Shown: piece by piece, positions 34,897 through 43,379 of the stretch
Layout: every line of letters begins with the position of its first letter
How positions within the stretch are numbered: position 1 is the stretch's first letter
Assembly: GCA_021159885.1 (NCBI GenBank)
Contig: JAGHDO010000091.1
Location: 318 to 64,317 of the forward strand
Length of the DNA: 64,000 bases
Direction of reading: 5' to 3'
Source of the DNA: Synergistota bacterium
GTDB taxonomy: Bacteria; Synergistota; GBS-1
The notes under the pieces: model-generated
The model's database searches: none
Told to the model about the DNA's origin: nothing
What the model saw: only the letters and a program-made list of their open reading frames with translations
Program-made: the position numbers and the translations under genes

Positions 34897-36439
34897 AGTA
34901 CTGATAATTTTTGATAGAAGTATCGGTAAGTTTTTCTGGGGAGGGGAAATAAGGGCTCTTAAAATAGCTGAGTTTTTGAGGAAGAAGGGGATTTTGGTTG
35001 TCCTTTTAGCTAATAAGTGTGCTTTTAGAGGTGATAAGAATTTTCTTTTTGTTGATTCACGGTCAGAGCGTGAGAAAGTAGTTAAAGACTTTAAGCCAGA
35101 TATTTTTATTATAGAAAGCTGGGAAGTAGGTTTATCTAAGAAAATATTACAGGATTTAACTGGAAAGGAAGTCTATATAGTTCAGGATATATCATGTCCT
35201 CGTCATTTAGAGGTAATTTATGAAAAGAATCCCTTAGGGGAGAGAATCGAAAACTATTTTCAGATAGTTAATATGTTTATCCCACGAATTTTAAGGCAGG
35301 CTGATTTTCTTATATGTGGTTCCCCTCGCCAGAAAGATATGTGGATAGGCTTTATGAGCGCTTTGGGATTATTGGGGAATAATATTATTTTGGAAGAGGA
35401 TTTAGACTTTATAGAGGTAATTCCATATGGGGTTGATGAGGAAAAGTGCCCCGCCTCTCCACCTTTAGAAGATGAGACTTTAAAAATCGGTTGGTTCGGA
35501 TCAATGTGGGATTGGTATGATCCCTTTCCGATGCTTAAAGCGATAAGGAGATTAATTGATGAGGGATACGGATTAAGATATTTTTCCACTCCTCTCACTG
35601 CTCCTTCCGGGGAAGAGCCCAGGATTGCCCTAAGGTTTAAGGAAATGGTGAAGGATCTTGATCTTGAAAGCGTGGTTTCTTTTTCGAAAGAGAGATATCC
35701 GTATGATAAAAGATGGGAATTTTTTAACGAGGTAAACGTTGGAGTTATAAGCGCTTCTGAGACTTTGGAGGATATTTATTCCATAAGGGTTAGGTTTTTT
35801 GATTATGTATGGGCTGGGGTTCCCATAATCGTTTCGGGGAAAGGCTATGTTTCGGATATAGTTAAGGATTACGGAATAGGTCTTGTAATAAGGAATGTAG
35901 AGGATGAGTGGTATAAAGCCCTGAGGAAGCTGGTGGATGTCTCTTTCCGATTAGAGTGCGCGAAAAGGATCGAGGAGGTGAGGAGGGACTTTTCGTGGGA
36001 CAAGGTGATTGAGCCTCTGGTGAGATACTGTAATAATCCTAAAAGAATGATAGATCATGGGTGGATAAAAGCTTATTGGGATGCCCTGAAGAATGGCTTG
36101 AATAGGGCCATAGAATTAAAAGGCAGTTTAAAAGCTATGGTATGGGGAGCTGGAAAGGCAGGAAAGATATTTTATGAAACGCTTGGCAATAAGATTGATA
36201 TAGTCGGTTATGTAGATTCCGATAAGAAGAAGTGGGGAAAGAGGTTAGGAAATGTGCCGATATATTCTCCAGAATTGGCTAAGGAGATGATTTTTGAGGA
36301 TGAGAGCATATTTGTTGTAATAGCTACTGAGCCGGGAAAGAAAGAAGTCGAATCTCTCTTAAGGAAATGGGGCTTGTCAGAAAGAAGGTTTTCTTACTAT
36401 TTGAGCCCGATGTTTTTTTATCTTGATATGCTTCTTTAG
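34889..36439 (+). CDS. GT-B glycosyltransferase-like protein fused to a divergent C-terminal copy of the Rossmann-like module
   Basis: GT4-like blocks (KIGWFGSMWDWYDP, FFDYVWAGVPIIVS). From about aa 395 (about 36071) the module reads AMVWGAGKAGKIFYETLGNKIDIVGYVDSDKKKWGKRLGNVPIYSPE...FVVIAT. Confidence 0.6.
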   Translation: MRKVLIIFDRSIGKFFWGGEIRALKIAEFLRKKGILVVLLANKCAFRGDKNFLFVDSRSEREKVVKDFKPDIFIIESWEVGLSKKILQDLTGKEVYIVQDISCPRHLEVIYEKNPLGERIENYFQIVNMFIPRILRQADFLICGSPRQKDMWIGFMSALGLLGNNIILEEDLDFIEVIPYGVDEEKCPASPPLEDETLKIGWFGSMWDWYDPFPMLKAIRRLIDEGYGLRYFSTPLTAPSGEEPRIALRFKEMVKDLDLESVVSFSKERYPYDKRWEFFNEVNVGVISASETLEDIYSIRVRFFDYVWAGVPIIVSGKGYVSDIVKDYGIGLVIRNVEDEWYKALRKLVDVSFRLECAKRIEEVRRDFSWDKVIEPLVRYCNNPKRMIDHGWIKAYWDALKNGLNRAIELKGSLKAMVWGAGKAGKIFYETLGNKIDIVGYVDSDKKKWGKRLGNVPIYSPELAKEMIFEDESIFVVIATEPGKKEVESLLRKWGLSERRFSYYLSPMFFYLDMLL

Positions 36440-36460
36440 GAGGTAAGGAGGTGGTGTTCT

Positions 36461-36949
36461 GTGAAAGAGGTAAAACAGGTAGGCAGGTGGAATGAGGCGA
36501 GCATAAAGGATGTAAAGCTTTTACCTCTTAAGGTGAACGTGGATGAGCGTGGTTATTTAATAGAGATATTGAGGATGGACTGGGGCGTTATGGAGAAATT
36601 TGCGCAGGTTTACATAGTGGGGAACTTTGCTCGTGGCGTTATAAGAGCGTTTCACAAGCATGAGAAACTCTGGGATTACTTTTTTATATCCCATGGTTCC
36701 GCGAAGTTCATGCTCATTGATGACAGGGAGGATAGTCCGACCTATCTTCACTTAAACAGGTTTGTTCTTTCCGAGAGGAATCCGCATCTACTTGTGGTTC
36801 CTCCTGGCGTTTATCATGGTTGGATGAGCTTGGAGGACGACACTCAGATGATAAGCATAGCGAGTGAGCTTTACAATTATGAGAAGCCTGACGAGGTCAG
36901 AATAGATCCTTATACCTTTGGGGATCTGTGGACGGTGAAAGGGAGATAG
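36461..36949 (+). CDS. Cupin-fold sugar-nucleotide epimerase/isomerase (RmlC / WxcM-like)
   Basis: 162 aa. DERGYLIEILR and RAFHKHEKLWDYFFISHGSAKFMLID match the pattern of RmlC-like cupins. Confidence 0.6.
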   Translation: MKEVKQVGRWNEASIKDVKLLPLKVNVDERGYLIEILRMDWGVMEKFAQVYIVGNFARGVIRAFHKHEKLWDYFFISHGSAKFMLIDDREDSPTYLHLNRFVLSERNPHLLVVPPGVYHGWMSLEDDTQMISIASELYNYEKPDEVRIDPYTFGDLWTVKGR

Positions 36950-36952
36950 ATC

Positions 36953-38020
36953 ATGGGCAGTAAGGTACTCGTTGTTGGAGGAGCTGGTTATGTAGGGAGC
37001 GTGCTTGTGAGAGAGCTTTTAGAGAGAGGATATGCCGTCAGGGTGTTAGATAGGCTTTACTTTGGGGATCATGGAATAAAAGAGGTGATGGATCGAATTG
37101 AGCTGGTAATAGGCGATATGAGGACGGTTGACGAGAGGATCTTTGAGGATGTCATGGCTGTGATAAACCTCGGGGGGTTATCTAACGATCCGACGGCGGA
37201 GTATAATCCGAAGGCTAACTATGAGATGAACACGGAGGCTACCTATAAGCTTGCGGTATTAGCTAAGAAAAACGGCGTGAGAAGATATATCCTTGCTTCA
37301 AGCTGTTCCATATACGACAGAGGAGTATTTGATGAGAAGGCTGATGTCGTGCTTGATGAGGAATCACCCGTTTATCCCAAGGCTGCTTATTCCACTTCAA
37401 AGCTCAAGGCGGAGGAGAAGATAAGAGAGCTTATAGATGATAGCTTTTCACCTGTTTTCTTGAGGAAAGGCACCATATACGGCTTTTCTCCTCGTATGAG
37501 ATACGATCTTGTTGTTAACGCCTTTGTAAAGGATGCTTTAAGCAAGGGGTATCTCACCGTATTTTACGGAGGCGAGATGTGGAGGCCTCTCGTTGATGTG
37601 AGGGATGCATGTAGAGCTTACATAGCCTGCCTTCAGGTTCCTGAGGAGAGCATAAAAGGTCAGATAATAAACATAGCGTATCGTAATTTCAGGATATCTG
37701 AGCTTGGTTTAAGGGTGAGAGAGACCTTAAGGGAATTGGGCTACGATGTTGACATAAAGCCTGATTATACTTACAGGGGAGTAAGAAGCTACAGGGTTTC
37801 AGCTGAAAAAGCCTATAAACTTTTAAATTGGAAGCCGGAGGTAACTGTTGAAGATTCCGTCAAAGATATGGTTGAGAAGATACAGAGATATGGATACACT
37901 GATTTCAGCAATCCTCGCTATTACAACATAGGTTGGATGAAGCTACTTGAAGAAGCCCAGCGGATAATATCCATAACCGGCTCTGTTTTCGAAGCTGGGA
38001 GTGAGAGTCAAGATGGCTAA
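36953..38020 (+). CDS. NAD-dependent sugar epimerase/dehydratase (extended SDR)
   Basis: VLVVGGAGYVGSVLVRELL Rossmann motif and catalytic YSTSK. Confidence 0.85.
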   Translation: MGSKVLVVGGAGYVGSVLVRELLERGYAVRVLDRLYFGDHGIKEVMDRIELVIGDMRTVDERIFEDVMAVINLGGLSNDPTAEYNPKANYEMNTEATYKLAVLAKKNGVRRYILASSCSIYDRGVFDEKADVVLDEESPVYPKAAYSTSKLKAEEKIRELIDDSFSPVFLRKGTIYGFSPRMRYDLVVNAFVKDALSKGYLTVFYGGEMWRPLVDVRDACRAYIACLQVPEESIKGQIINIAYRNFRISELGLRVRETLRELGYDVDIKPDYTYRGVRSYRVSAEKAYKLLNWKPEVTVEDSVKDMVEKIQRYGYTDFSNPRYYNIGWMKLLEEAQRIISITGSVFEAGSESQDG

Positions 38021-38867
38021 GATAGCTATTATAGGCTCAACAGGTCAGCTTGGAAGCGAGCTTTTAAGCGAGCTTGGTGAGCGAGCGATACCTTTAAGCC
38101 ACGAGGATATAGAGATAACCGATCATGAGGGTACTCAGGAAGTTCTTTTATCGCTTTCTCCCTCCGTGATTATAAACACCGCGGCCTATCACAAGGTTGA
38201 TCTCTGCGAGGAAAACCCATTAAAAACCTTTGAGGTTAACACGATAGCTTTAAAGAACCTGGTAGAGATCTCTAATGAGCTTAACTCTCTTTTGGTTTAT
38301 ATTTCTACCGACTATGTATTCGATGGAGCTAAGAGCTCGCCTTATTCTGAAGAAGATATTCCCAATCCTTTGAACGTTTATGGGTTATCCAAGTATGCTG
38401 GTGAAATTCTTTTAAGAAACCACGCCCATAGCTATCTTATAGTGAGGGTGGCAAGCTTATTCGGAAAAGGAGGTTCCAAGTTAAAGGGCGGTAACTTCGT
38501 TCGCACTATACTTAGGAAGGCCTCTTCTGGTGAGGATCTGAGAGTAGTAAACGATATAGTTATGAGTCCAACTTATGCTAAGGATGCTTCTAAGGCTATA
38601 GTGAAACTTATTGGAAAGGGAAGAGTGGGAATTTATCATGTTGTTAATAGCGGGTATTGCACTTGGTATGAGTTTGCTAAGGAGATAGTGAGACTTGGTG
38701 GATACAATGTGGTAATTGAGGCGATAAGCTCCAGTGAGCTTCCGATGAAAGCTAAGCGCCCTTCTTTTTCGGCTTTGTCAAATGAGAAATTAAAGAGAGA
38801 TATCGGTTTTGAGATGCCGCATTGGAAGGATGCGTTAAGCAGGTATTTAGAAGAAGTTGTGTTATAA
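38013..38867 (+). CDS. rfbD: dTDP-4-dehydrorhamnose reductase-like SDR
   Basis: IAIIGSTGQLGSEL, STDYVFDG and YGLSKYAGE. The likely start is ATG 38013; the track ORF starts at 38001. Confidence 0.8.
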   Translation: MAKIAIIGSTGQLGSELLSELGERAIPLSHEDIEITDHEGTQEVLLSLSPSVIINTAAYHKVDLCEENPLKTFEVNTIALKNLVEISNELNSLLVYISTDYVFDGAKSSPYSEEDIPNPLNVYGLSKYAGEILLRNHAHSYLIVRVASLFGKGGSKLKGGNFVRTILRKASSGEDLRVVNDIVMSPTYAKDASKAIVKLIGKGRVGIYHVVNSGYCTWYEFAKEIVRLGGYNVVIEAISSSELPMKAKRPSFSALSNEKLKRDIGFEMPHWKDALSRYLEEVVL

Positions 38868-38879
38868 TCCATTGATGAG

Positions 38880-39490
38880 ATGAAGGCGCTTATACTCTGT
38901 GGAGGGAAAGGAGTACGGCTTTTTCCGCTCTCGAAGGAGAATTTCCCAAAACAGTTTTTAAAAATAGGCAGTGATCTTTCCCTTTTTCAGCGGACGCTGA
39001 GAAGGACTTTAAGACATTTGAAGTTAGATGACGTATTTATCATCACGGGCAAAAGGTATGAAGATAGGATTAAGAGCGATATAAAAGGAATTTTGGGAGA
39101 AGAGGGGCTTAAAACTTTAAGCGGGAATTTAGTGCTTGAACCAGCGGGGAGGAATACTTTCCCCGCTATTTTATTGGAAACTTGCCCGCTACCTCTATAG
39201 ACTATGCGATAATGGAGAGAACAGATAAAGCAGTTGTAATTCCTCTCGAAGTTAAGTGGTCTGATATAGGGAACTGGGAGGGCATTTATGAGATGTTAGA
39301 GAAGGACGGGGATGAAAACATAATAGTGGGGGATGCTTTATGTAAGGATGTTTTTAGGTCTCTTATCTGGGGAGGAAAAAGAAGTATAATCGTTATTGGA
39401 GTGGAGGATTTGATAGTCGTTGATGGAGAAGATGCGCTTCTTATTGCTAAGAAAGGAAAAAGTGGAGAAATAAAGACACTTATTTCTTAG
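38880..39490 (+). pseudogene. Mannose-1-phosphate guanylyltransferase-type nucleotidyltransferase remnant (internal deletion plus frame change)
   Basis: ORF 38880..39200 is the N-terminal about 100 aa (MKALILCGGKGVRLFPLS...PKQFLK...LEPAGRNTFPAI). ORF 39182..39490 is the C-terminal about 100 aa (SIDYAIMERTDKAVVIPLEVKWSDIGNWE...). The catalytic middle, roughly 130-150 aa in full-length relatives, is missing, and the two parts are in different frames. Confidence 0.75.
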
Positions 39491-39506
39491 TTAGGGGGAT
39501 GAGGCA

Positions 39507-40643
39507 TTGGTTCTTATATTTTTGCATATTCCCAAAACAGGTGGCTCATCGCTTTTATGGATCCTTCAGAGGCACTATAGATTAGAAGAGGTATTTCACG
39601 ATACCGTTTTTCAGAAGGCTGGTGATTGCTTTTTAAACGATAAGAAATTTCTACATGGGCACTTTAAATATGGCATTCACGAGCTCCTAAAGCTTAGGAA
39701 TTATAAGTATATTTCTTTGCTCAGAAATCCGGTATATAGGGTTTTTTCTCATTATTTTTATGCCAGGGAGCAGATGTTTATGAATGACAGAGAATTCCGA
39801 GATCAGGACTTGGTAAGTTGGCTTGAGAAGAACAAATCTTGGGTGTCTAATCTTCAAACCGCTTATATAAGTGGAGAAGATCACGTGGATTTAAAGGCGC
39901 TGAGGAAAGCTAAGGACAATCTGAAAAAGGATTTTTTATTTATAGGTATAACTGAGCTTTTCGATGAAAGCTTGTTAATCTTGAGGAAACTCCTTGGTTT
40001 AAAGGATATTTATTACGGTTTGCCAAGGAACGCGACTCAGTTTAAACACCTTATGGAGCGAGCTAATGAGGATCTTTTTCTGGAAGTGGAAAGAGTGAAC
40101 CGGTATGATATGGAGCTTTACGAGTATGCTAAGGATCTTTTGATGGAACATATAAAAAATTACGGGAGCGATTTTTCGCGCGATTTAGAAGAATTTAGGA
40201 AAAGAAATAGAGGAAAGGAGGGTATATTGGCTCACGCTTTAGATGTAGGCCTGAGGGAGGTAAGACGTGGAAGAGTAATTGCGTTGTTCAGAATAGCGCA
40301 GGTGTTTGCGATGAGAGGTGAAAGGGAAAAAGCATTAGCTATCTGTGATAGAGCGAGAAGGTTGGGTTGGGGACTAATCACGATGGAGCCTGATTTTATC
40401 TATTTAGAAGCCGGCGTTTATAGACTTCTTAGGATATTTAAAAAGGCGGAGGAGCTTTATATTGGTCTTGCGAAGGACGAAGGTATCGATACTCCTATCA
40501 GGGGTAAATCCTATTATTACCTTGGGGAAATTTATCTTGAAGAGGGTAAACGTGAAGAGGCGTTAGAAGCATTTAAGAGTTGCCTTGAGCTCTATCCAGG
40601 ACATGCTAAAGCTTATATAAGGCTTAAGGAGTTAGACCTATGA
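39507..40643 (+). CDS. Sulfotransferase-family protein with C-terminal TPR-like repeats (paralogue of 28340..29506)
   Basis: IFLHIPKTGGSSL, LLRNPVYRVFSHY, FIGITELFDESLLIL and a TPR-like C-terminus (EEALEAFKSCLELYPGHAKAYIRL). Confidence 0.7.
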   Translation: MVLIFLHIPKTGGSSLLWILQRHYRLEEVFHDTVFQKAGDCFLNDKKFLHGHFKYGIHELLKLRNYKYISLLRNPVYRVFSHYFYAREQMFMNDREFRDQDLVSWLEKNKSWVSNLQTAYISGEDHVDLKALRKAKDNLKKDFLFIGITELFDESLLILRKLLGLKDIYYGLPRNATQFKHLMERANEDLFLEVERVNRYDMELYEYAKDLLMEHIKNYGSDFSRDLEEFRKRNRGKEGILAHALDVGLREVRRGRVIALFRIAQVFAMRGEREKALAICDRARRLGWGLITMEPDFIYLEAGVYRLLRIFKKAEELYIGLAKDEGIDTPIRGKSYYYLGEIYLEEGKREEALEAFKSCLELYPGHAKAYIRLKELDL

Positions 40644-40966
40644 AGAGATCATTTACCCTTATGGAAGTCCTAATTGCAACCTTAATACTTGCTCTTGTTG
40701 GAGTCGGAGCACTGAGTTTGATAACGCAAAGCGTTTCTTTAATCAAAGAGTCTCAGGATGTACTTAATGCGACTCTGCTGGGAGAGAATATAGCCACAAG
40801 GGATCTTCTGGGTCTTCTTCCGCGGTGGAAGATTGAGGGGGAGCAGGGTATCTTTAAGTGGAAAAGGGAAATTTTCCCCACACAGTTACCTCGTATAAAG
40901 CTGTGCAAATATACTATAAGTTGGGAGGGAAGAAAGATTGAATTCGTCCTCGTTAAGGAGCAGTAA
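40640..40966 (+). CDS. Pseudopilin-like protein with a prepilin-type N-terminal methylation motif (GspI-like size)
   Basis: MKRS/FTLMEVLIATLILALVGVGAL gives F at +1, E at +5 and a hydrophobic helix, with Ser instead of the usual Gly at -1. 108 aa. ATGA overlap with the upstream sulfotransferase. Confidence 0.6.
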   Translation: MKRSFTLMEVLIATLILALVGVGALSLITQSVSLIKESQDVLNATLLGENIATRDLLGLLPRWKIEGEQGIFKWKREIFPTQLPRIKLCKYTISWEGRKIEFVLVKEQ

Positions 40967-43379
40967 TTTTTTAATTTTTGCCTTCTTAGGGATCCTTTTA
41001 ACTCATGGTGTAGCTTTTGGGGCGGTCTTTGAGGTTCCAAGCATGGAGTTTCCGACGGTTAGTGATGCTATTTCGGTTGCGCTTTCTAATGGAGAAGAGG
41101 ATACCATCTTTCTCGTAGATGACGTTACGGAAAGCGTGGTAATTACGATCAATGGGGTAGATGATCGCATAGTTATTGAGGGTAAGGAAGGGAAGTTTAG
41201 TATAAGCGGAAATGGAGAGAAGCAGTGCTTTAGAGTGGAGGTAAAAAGCGGGAATCTTAGTTTAACGTTGAAAGATATTATTATGTGTGATGGTTTTTCC
41301 TCTGATTATAAGGGTGGGGGAATTCTTTTAAAAGTTTCGGAAGGAGCAAGGTTAGATTTTCAAATGGATGGTGTTGAGGTTAAAAATTGTGTGAGCGGGA
41401 GTCTTGGTGGAGGACTTGCCTGTGTCAATTATGGGACGGCTACCCTTACTTTAAAGTCAAGCGTTTTTAGATGGAATCGAAGTCAAAAGTATGGTGGCGC
41501 GGTTTCCATAGATGGAGCTAACGCTCGTTTTGAAAATTGCTTAATAGCTGAGAATATAGCTTTCTACAGGGGTGGGGGAATATACGCTGTTGATGCTCCT
41601 AATCTTGTTTTAGAAAGCAGCACCGTTAGTAAGAATCAAGCTCGGCAGGGTTTTACTAAAAACGATGGAGGTGGTATTTATCTCGCAGGAAGTACTATCG
41701 CAAGTTTAAATAATGTTATAGTTTGGGGAAATGTGGGAAGCCTTTTCAGCAAGGAGATCTATGTTTCGATTGGATCTTCTCTTGAGGCATCCTATAGTTG
41801 TTTACCGTTAGAGGGAGAAGGTTGTGTTAATGAAGACCCAGCGCTTAATGATGACTATACTCTTTCAGAGGGTAGTCCTTGCGTGGATGCGGGAAATCCA
41901 CACGTTTTTTTAATAGTCGATTTAGACGGTAAACCCCGCCCTGTAGATGGCGATAATGATGGAAAAGTTTTCACTGACATCGGAGCTTTTGAAGCACAAA
42001 CTGATGTAACTCCACCCCTTGAAATTGAAATTTTAGAGGCTTCTCCTGCAACTCACAGTGTTTCCTTGAGCTGGAGTAATCCTGAGGATTCGGATTTTTA
42101 CTGTGTTAGGGTTTATTTGAGGAATAATGGTGTTTGGAATAAGCTTTGTGAACTTTTTGATGATAGTTATCTTGTTGAGGGGCTTTCTTCTGGGACGGAG
42201 TATGCCTTTAAGCTTACGACGGTTGATACGTCTGGCAATGAGAGTGATGGTGTAGTTATATCGGTTAAGACTCTTCAAGAGGAGGCTCCTGAACCTGATC
42301 CGGAACCGGAGCCTGATGTTGAGCCCCCTGATGAAGTGTTAGATCTTGCTGCGGAACCTTCAACTGATTCTATCACTTTGCGTTGGAGGACTCCATTGGA
42401 TGGAGATTTAAAGGGATGTAGAGTCTATGTGGACGGTGAGCTTTTTAAAACGATAATATTCCCTCCTTTATCGTCTTGCTCGATTAAAGTGGATGGCTTA
42501 TTAGAAAATACGCTTTACATCATTAAGATAACAACATTTGATCTAAATGGAAATGAAAGCAACGGGAAGTCGATATCTGTCAGAACGCTAAGATCTAATC
42601 TTCCTCCGGTTATAGAGCTTATAGAATGTGAACCATTAAGCGGAAGTAAGGGAACTCTTTTTAAGATAACCGCTTTGGTTAGCGATCCTGAAGGGGAAGG
42701 TATTTCATACGATTGGAATCTTGAGGATCCCACAGCAGGTATTTTAGTACCCTTAGAGAACGAGGCTTATTTCATAGCTTTCGCTTTGCCTCAGGATAGG
42801 ATGGTTTCGGTGAAACTTTGTGCTTCAGATCTCAATGGAAATAAAACGGAGGCTGAAACAGAGTTGGAGATACTCGGTGTTTCGGGCAAGGATGACGATG
42901 GTGATGGCGTCAATAACGATGCGGAAAGAGACACCGCTTTTGATCCATCTAGGGTACTTTTTTCTGAAAAAGGAATCTTAATCGAGATCGATTCAGGACG
43001 CTTTAGGAATGTTTCTCTTAAGGGAAACGATCCTTATGAGCTTTTCTTAACGATAAGCGGCATCGATACCGGTGGAGGATTAGACCTTAAAGTGGCATTC
43101 CCTCTACCTCTGAGAGATTTTTCGGTAGAGGCGTGGGAAAAAGGAAAATTTGTTAGTCGAAAGAAGGAGCTGCCTATTTACATCCTTGATGGTAGTTCTA
43201 TCGATCTTGATGGCGAGAAAAATGGAGAAATTCACGTTCTGCTTAAGCTGGATGTTGAGTATGGAGAAACAGGTGGAGGGTGCGCCATTGATCGAGGGTT
43301 TCATCCGGTAGCTTCTTTAATATTGTTCTGCCTTCCTATTTTTCTTATCTCTTTTATAAGGAAGGTGATTTCTCTCTGA
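40938..43379 (+). CDS. Secreted beta-helix (GGG-repeat, DIGAFE-type) / 2 x FN3 / PKD-like / Asp-rich calcium-type motif protein with a C-terminal TM sorting-like tail
   Basis: Signal peptide ...LLTHGVAFG/AV. Recurrent GGGI/GGAV beta-helix rungs end in DLDGKPRPVDGDNDGKVFTDIGAFE. Two FN3-like units follow (LSWSNP...YAFKLTTVDTSGNES; LRWRTP...YIIKITTFDLNGNES), joined by PEPDPEPEPDVEPPDE. The protein also has GKDDDGDGVNND and the tail GGGCAIDRGFHPVASLILFCLPIFLISFIRKVISL. Confidence 0.75.
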   Translation: MNSSSLRSSNFLIFAFLGILLTHGVAFGAVFEVPSMEFPTVSDAISVALSNGEEDTIFLVDDVTESVVITINGVDDRIVIEGKEGKFSISGNGEKQCFRVEVKSGNLSLTLKDIIMCDGFSSDYKGGGILLKVSEGARLDFQMDGVEVKNCVSGSLGGGLACVNYGTATLTLKSSVFRWNRSQKYGGAVSIDGANARFENCLIAENIAFYRGGGIYAVDAPNLVLESSTVSKNQARQGFTKNDGGGIYLAGSTIASLNNVIVWGNVGSLFSKEIYVSIGSSLEASYSCLPLEGEGCVNEDPALNDDYTLSEGSPCVDAGNPHVFLIVDLDGKPRPVDGDNDGKVFTDIGAFEAQTDVTPPLEIEILEASPATHSVSLSWSNPEDSDFYCVRVYLRNNGVWNKLCELFDDSYLVEGLSSGTEYAFKLTTVDTSGNESDGVVISVKTLQEEAPEPDPEPEPDVEPPDEVLDLAAEPSTDSITLRWRTPLDGDLKGCRVYVDGELFKTIIFPPLSSCSIKVDGLLENTLYIIKITTFDLNGNESNGKSISVRTLRSNLPPVIELIECEPLSGSKGTLFKITALVSDPEGEGISYDWNLEDPTAGILVPLENEAYFIAFALPQDRMVSVKLCASDLNGNKTEAETELEILGVSGKDDDGDGVNNDAERDTAFDPSRVLFSEKGILIEIDSGRFRNVSLKGNDPYELFLTISGIDTGGGLDLKVAFPLPLRDFSVEAWEKGKFVSRKKELPIYILDGSSIDLDGEKNGEIHVLLKLDVEYGETGGGCAIDRGFHPVASLILFCLPIFLISFIRKVISL

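Noticed and set aside
28340-40643. The two sulfotransferase genes as flanking direct repeats of a mobile unit
   Set aside because: The similarity is at protein-motif level only, and the nucleotide sequences are well diverged. No integrase or transposase is present and no target-site duplication is visible.
42289-42336. PEPDPEPEPDVEPPDE-coding stretch as a DNA repeat or mobile-element scar
   Set aside because: It is a short Pro/Glu/Asp-rich interdomain linker between two FN3 units. It is imperfect at the DNA level and in frame.
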